Source of the DNA: a virus
IMG/VR virus record: IMGVR_UViG_3300045988_096283
Strand: one strand, 5' to 3'
DNA: 5,219 nucleotides
Shown one piece after another: positions 3,657 to 5,219 of the stretch. The translations under genes and the position numbers were made by a program. The notes beneath the pieces were generated by a model. It was given only the letters and a program-made list of their open reading frames with translations. It was not told where the DNA came from and searched no databases. Positions within the stretch are counted from its first letter, which is position 1, and each line of letters opens with the position of its first letter.

Positions 3657-5219
3657 GAATCAGAATTCACATTTTTCTAAAAATCCGCAAGTTGATATAC
3701 AGCGTTCGAGGTTTGATCGTTCGCATAGTGTTAAACTTTCCGGCAATGTTGGCGACCTTATTCCTTTTTATTGTGATGAGGTTTTGCCCGGTGATACATT
3801 TCAGATAGATACTTCTAAGCTTATCCGCTTACAGACCCTTGTCACTCCTGTTATGGATAATATTTATCTTGATACCTATTACTTTTTTGTTCCTTGTCGT
3901 CTGGTTTGGGAGCATTGGCGCGAGATGATGGGCGAAAATACTTCTGCCCCTTGGTTTCCTGAAGTTGAATATTCTGTTCCGCAGGTTACTTCTCCGCTTC
4001 CTTCTGGTGGTGGTAGCTCTGGACCCGGCTGGGCTGAAGGTACTATAGCTGATTATATGGGTATTCCTCCTTATGTTGGTAATCTTTCTGTTTCTGCTCT
4101 TCCTTTCCGTGCTTATGCTTTGATATGGAATGAATGGTTTAGGGATGAGAATTTGCAGACTCCTCAGTCTGTTCCTGTTGGTGATGATGTTACTGCTGGT
4201 TCTAACGATTCTTCCGGTCTTTTTCAGGCCGTGAGAGGTGGTTATCCTTTAAAAGCTGGTAAGTTTAGAGATTACTTTACTTCTTGTTTACCTTCTCCTC
4301 AGAAGGGCCCTGATGTATTATTGCCGCTTGGTAATCAGGCCCCTGTATATGGTGGTAATACTTCTAATCTTGTTAGTTATGACGATAGGCCTGGATGGTC
4401 TCTTGATTCTAGTGGTAAGCCATCTTCTTTGATGTTTAGGCATGCCAATGATAATTCTTCTATCATCGGTGATCATGATGTTAAGCTTCATAATGCTTCT
4501 CTTTCTTATACTGGTACTAATAGTGGCGATGGTGTTGATATTTATCCTTCTAATTTGTGGACGGATCTTACACAAGCCACCGCTGCGACCATCAATCAGC
4601 TTCGCTTGGCTTTTCAGATTCAGAGGATATATGAGAAAGATGCCCGAGGTGGTACGAGGTATATTGAGATTTTGTCTAATCATTTTGGCGTTACTTCTCC
4701 TGATAGTCGTTTGCAGAGACCGGAGTATCTTGGCGGTAATCGTATGTTGATTAATGTAAACCAAGTTGTTCAAAATTCTGAATCTGCTACAACTCCGCAG
4801 GGTACAACTACCGCTTATTCCTTGACTGTTGATACCCATTCAGATTTTACTCAGTCTTTTGTTGAGCATGGTTTTTTGATTGGCCTTTGCGTTGCTCGCT
4901 ATGATCATACGTATCAGTGCGGTATTGAACGTTTCTTTAGCCGTAAAAGTCGTTTTGATTATTATTGGCCGTCGCTGGCCAATATTGGTGAACAGCCTGT
5001 ATATAACCGTGAAATATTTGCGCAGGGTACTATTGTTGATGATGGCGTTTTTGGTTATCAAGAGGCTTGGGCGGATTATCGTTATAAACCTAATAGGGTT
5101 TGCGCCGAAATGCGTTCTATTTCTAAAAAATCTCTTGATGCTTGGAATTTGGCTGACGATTATGCTGATCTTCCAATATTGTCGCCTGAGTGGATCGTTG
5201 AGGATAGGACTAATGTAGA
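3649..5219 (+). CDS. VP1: Major capsid protein VP1 (F-like), N-terminal 523 codons. The ORF runs off the window end and finishes at 176 after circularisation (563 aa in total).
   Basis: ATG 3649 lies 8 nt after GGAGG (3636..3640) and overlaps the VP3 end by 8 nt. There is no stop through 5219, so the ORF is absent from the track. It begins MNRNQNSHFSKNPQVDIQRSRFDRSHSVKLSGNVGDLIPFYCDEVLPGDTFQIDTSKLIRLQTLVTPVMDNIYLDTYYFFVPCRLVWEHW. It also contains ATINQLRLAFQIQRIYEKDARGGTRYIEILSNHFGVTSPDSRLQRPEYLGG. Both are hallmark Microviridae capsid blocks. Confidence 0.97.
   Translation, partial: MNRNQNSHFSKNPQVDIQRSRFDRSHSVKLSGNVGDLIPFYCDEVLPGDTFQIDTSKLIRLQTLVTPVMDNIYLDTYYFFVPCRLVWEHWREMMGENTSAPWFPEVEYSVPQVTSPLPSGGGSSGPGWAEGTIADYMGIPPYVGNLSVSALPFRAYALIWNEWFRDENLQTPQSVPVGDDVTAGSNDSSGLFQAVRGGYPLKAGKFRDYFTSCLPSPQKGPDVLLPLGNQAPVYGGNTSNLVSYDDRPGWSLDSSGKPSSLMFRHANDNSSIIGDHDVKLHNASLSYTGTNSGDGVDIYPSNLWTDLTQATAATINQLRLAFQIQRIYEKDARGGTRYIEILSNHFGVTSPDSRLQRPEYLGGNRMLINVNQVVQNSESATTPQGTTTAYSLTVDTHSDFTQSFVEHGFLIGLCVARYDHTYQCGIERFFSRKSRFDYYWPSLANIGEQPVYNREIFAQGTIVDDGVFGYQEAWADYRYKPNRVCAEMRSISKKSLDAWNLADDYADLPILSPEWIVEDRTNV
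5165..5219. repeat. Terminal overlap (right copy); identical to 1..55
   Basis: Exact 55/55 identity with 1..55. It lies inside the VP1 coding frame. Confidence 0.95.

Noticed and set aside
790-5061. All seven minus-strand ORFs in the track: 790..990, 1556..1777, 2043..2267, 3060..3365, 3413..3670, 4318..4839 and 4840..5061
   Set aside because: Each lies wholly or almost wholly antisense to a well-supported + strand gene. The two I checked (1556..1777 and 4318..4839) are in the exact codon-antisense register. Plus-strand codons mostly end in T, so these antisense codons begin with A. They cannot be stops and encode I/T/N/K/R/S-rich strings, which is what the translations look like. I saw no SD motifs.
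1229-5218. Hydrophobic +1-frame ORFs nested in core genes: 1229..1414, 1840..2040, 2200..2403, 3253..3648 and 4880..5218
   Set aside because: All are in the same +1 register relative to their host gene, so the abundant third-position T becomes codon position 2. That removes stops and yields F/L/I/M/V-rich pseudo-proteins. The two starts I checked (3253 and 4880) are TTG, and I saw no convincing RBS. The ATG-initiated member of this class (4442..4750) is kept as a low-interest finding.
1-5219. CRISPR arrays, tRNA/rRNA genes, transposase or integrase genes, and toxin-antitoxin pairs
   Set aside because: There are no spaced direct repeats beyond those listed and no cloverleaf-like segments. No ORF has recognisable recombinase or toxin motifs. 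The genome is essentially filled by the microvirus core plus three small ORFs.

Overview
The window is one complete circular ssDNA phage genome of the family Microviridae with Gokushovirinae-like gene content. It is linearised inside the major capsid gene and carries a 55-nt terminal overlap: 1..55 is identical to 5165..5219, so the unit length is 5164 nt. All supported genes are on the + strand, in circular order: VP1 major capsid (3649..5164, continuing at 1..176; 563 aa), consensus sigma70 promoter, two small unknown ORFs (265..450, 440..658), two hairpins, VP2 pilot/minor capsid (772..1380), two more hairpins and an AT-rich intergenic region, a hyper-acidic small ORF (1598..1768), VP4 rolling-circle Rep (1770..2798), VP8-like arginine-rich peptide (2795..2911), VP5-like protein (2908..3147), VP3 scaffold (3147..3656). 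The ORF track misses VP1, which has no stop before the window end, and VP8, which is too short. Most other track entries, meaning every minus-strand ORF and the hydrophobic +1-frame ORFs, are explained by the strong T-ending codon bias. The parts not explained by the conserved gokushovirus core are a promoter-driven two-gene cassette between VP1 and VP2, an extremely acidic and aromatic-rich 56-aa ORF coupled to Rep, and a set of perfect hairpins plus an AT-rich motif that are candidate replication or recombination sites. No tRNA, rRNA, CRISPR array, integrase or recognisable lysin was seen. Family assignments rest on motifs I recognise by eye; no database search was run.
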